Assembly: GCF_009914755.1 (NCBI RefSeq)
Contig: NC_060925.1
Origin: the human T2T-CHM13v2.0 reference genome, Homo sapiens
Direction: 5' to 3' (one strand)
Length of the DNA: 64,000 nt
Shown one piece after another: positions 59,623-64,000 of this stretch; the first letter of the stretch is position 1; every line of letters starts with the position of its first letter. The notes beneath the pieces were generated by a model. It had not been told where the DNA came from and made no database searches. It saw only the letters and a program-made list of their open reading frames with translations. A program made the translations under genes and the position numbers.

Positions 59623-64000
<4,378 letters not shown>

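Overview
Human (primate) genomic DNA containing the complete RHBDL2 rhomboid intramembrane serine protease gene on the minus strand. Seven coding exons (36438-36193, 32935-32787, 28663-28551, 13302-13202, 10456-10396, 5255-5194, 3914-3735) join by GT-AG splicing into a 912-nt CDS (303 aa), with the Ser187 (GASGG) / His250 dyad and the WR motif. Two candidate first exons are visible (donors at 58898 and 46617). Both splice in phase 1 onto a stop-free leader in exon 2, so N-terminally extended forms are possible (383 aa from ATG 46731). The same phase arithmetic means back-spliced circles of exons 2-4 (633 nt) or 2-6 (795 nt) would have no stop codon. The introns hold roughly 100 Alu pieces, a fragmented L1M, several solo LTRs (one sense-oriented with intact TATA and AATAAA), MIR/L2, a MADE1 hairpin and a U6 retrocopy. 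There is also a series of TSD-flanked captured insertions: a 28S rRNA fragment, two poly(A)-tailed LTR fragments, a 29-nt unknown with a pure A tail, and 1.1 kb of unidentified sequence inside an old L1. Most ORFs in the supplied track are Alu artefacts. Repeat family names are by eye and repeat boundaries are approximate.
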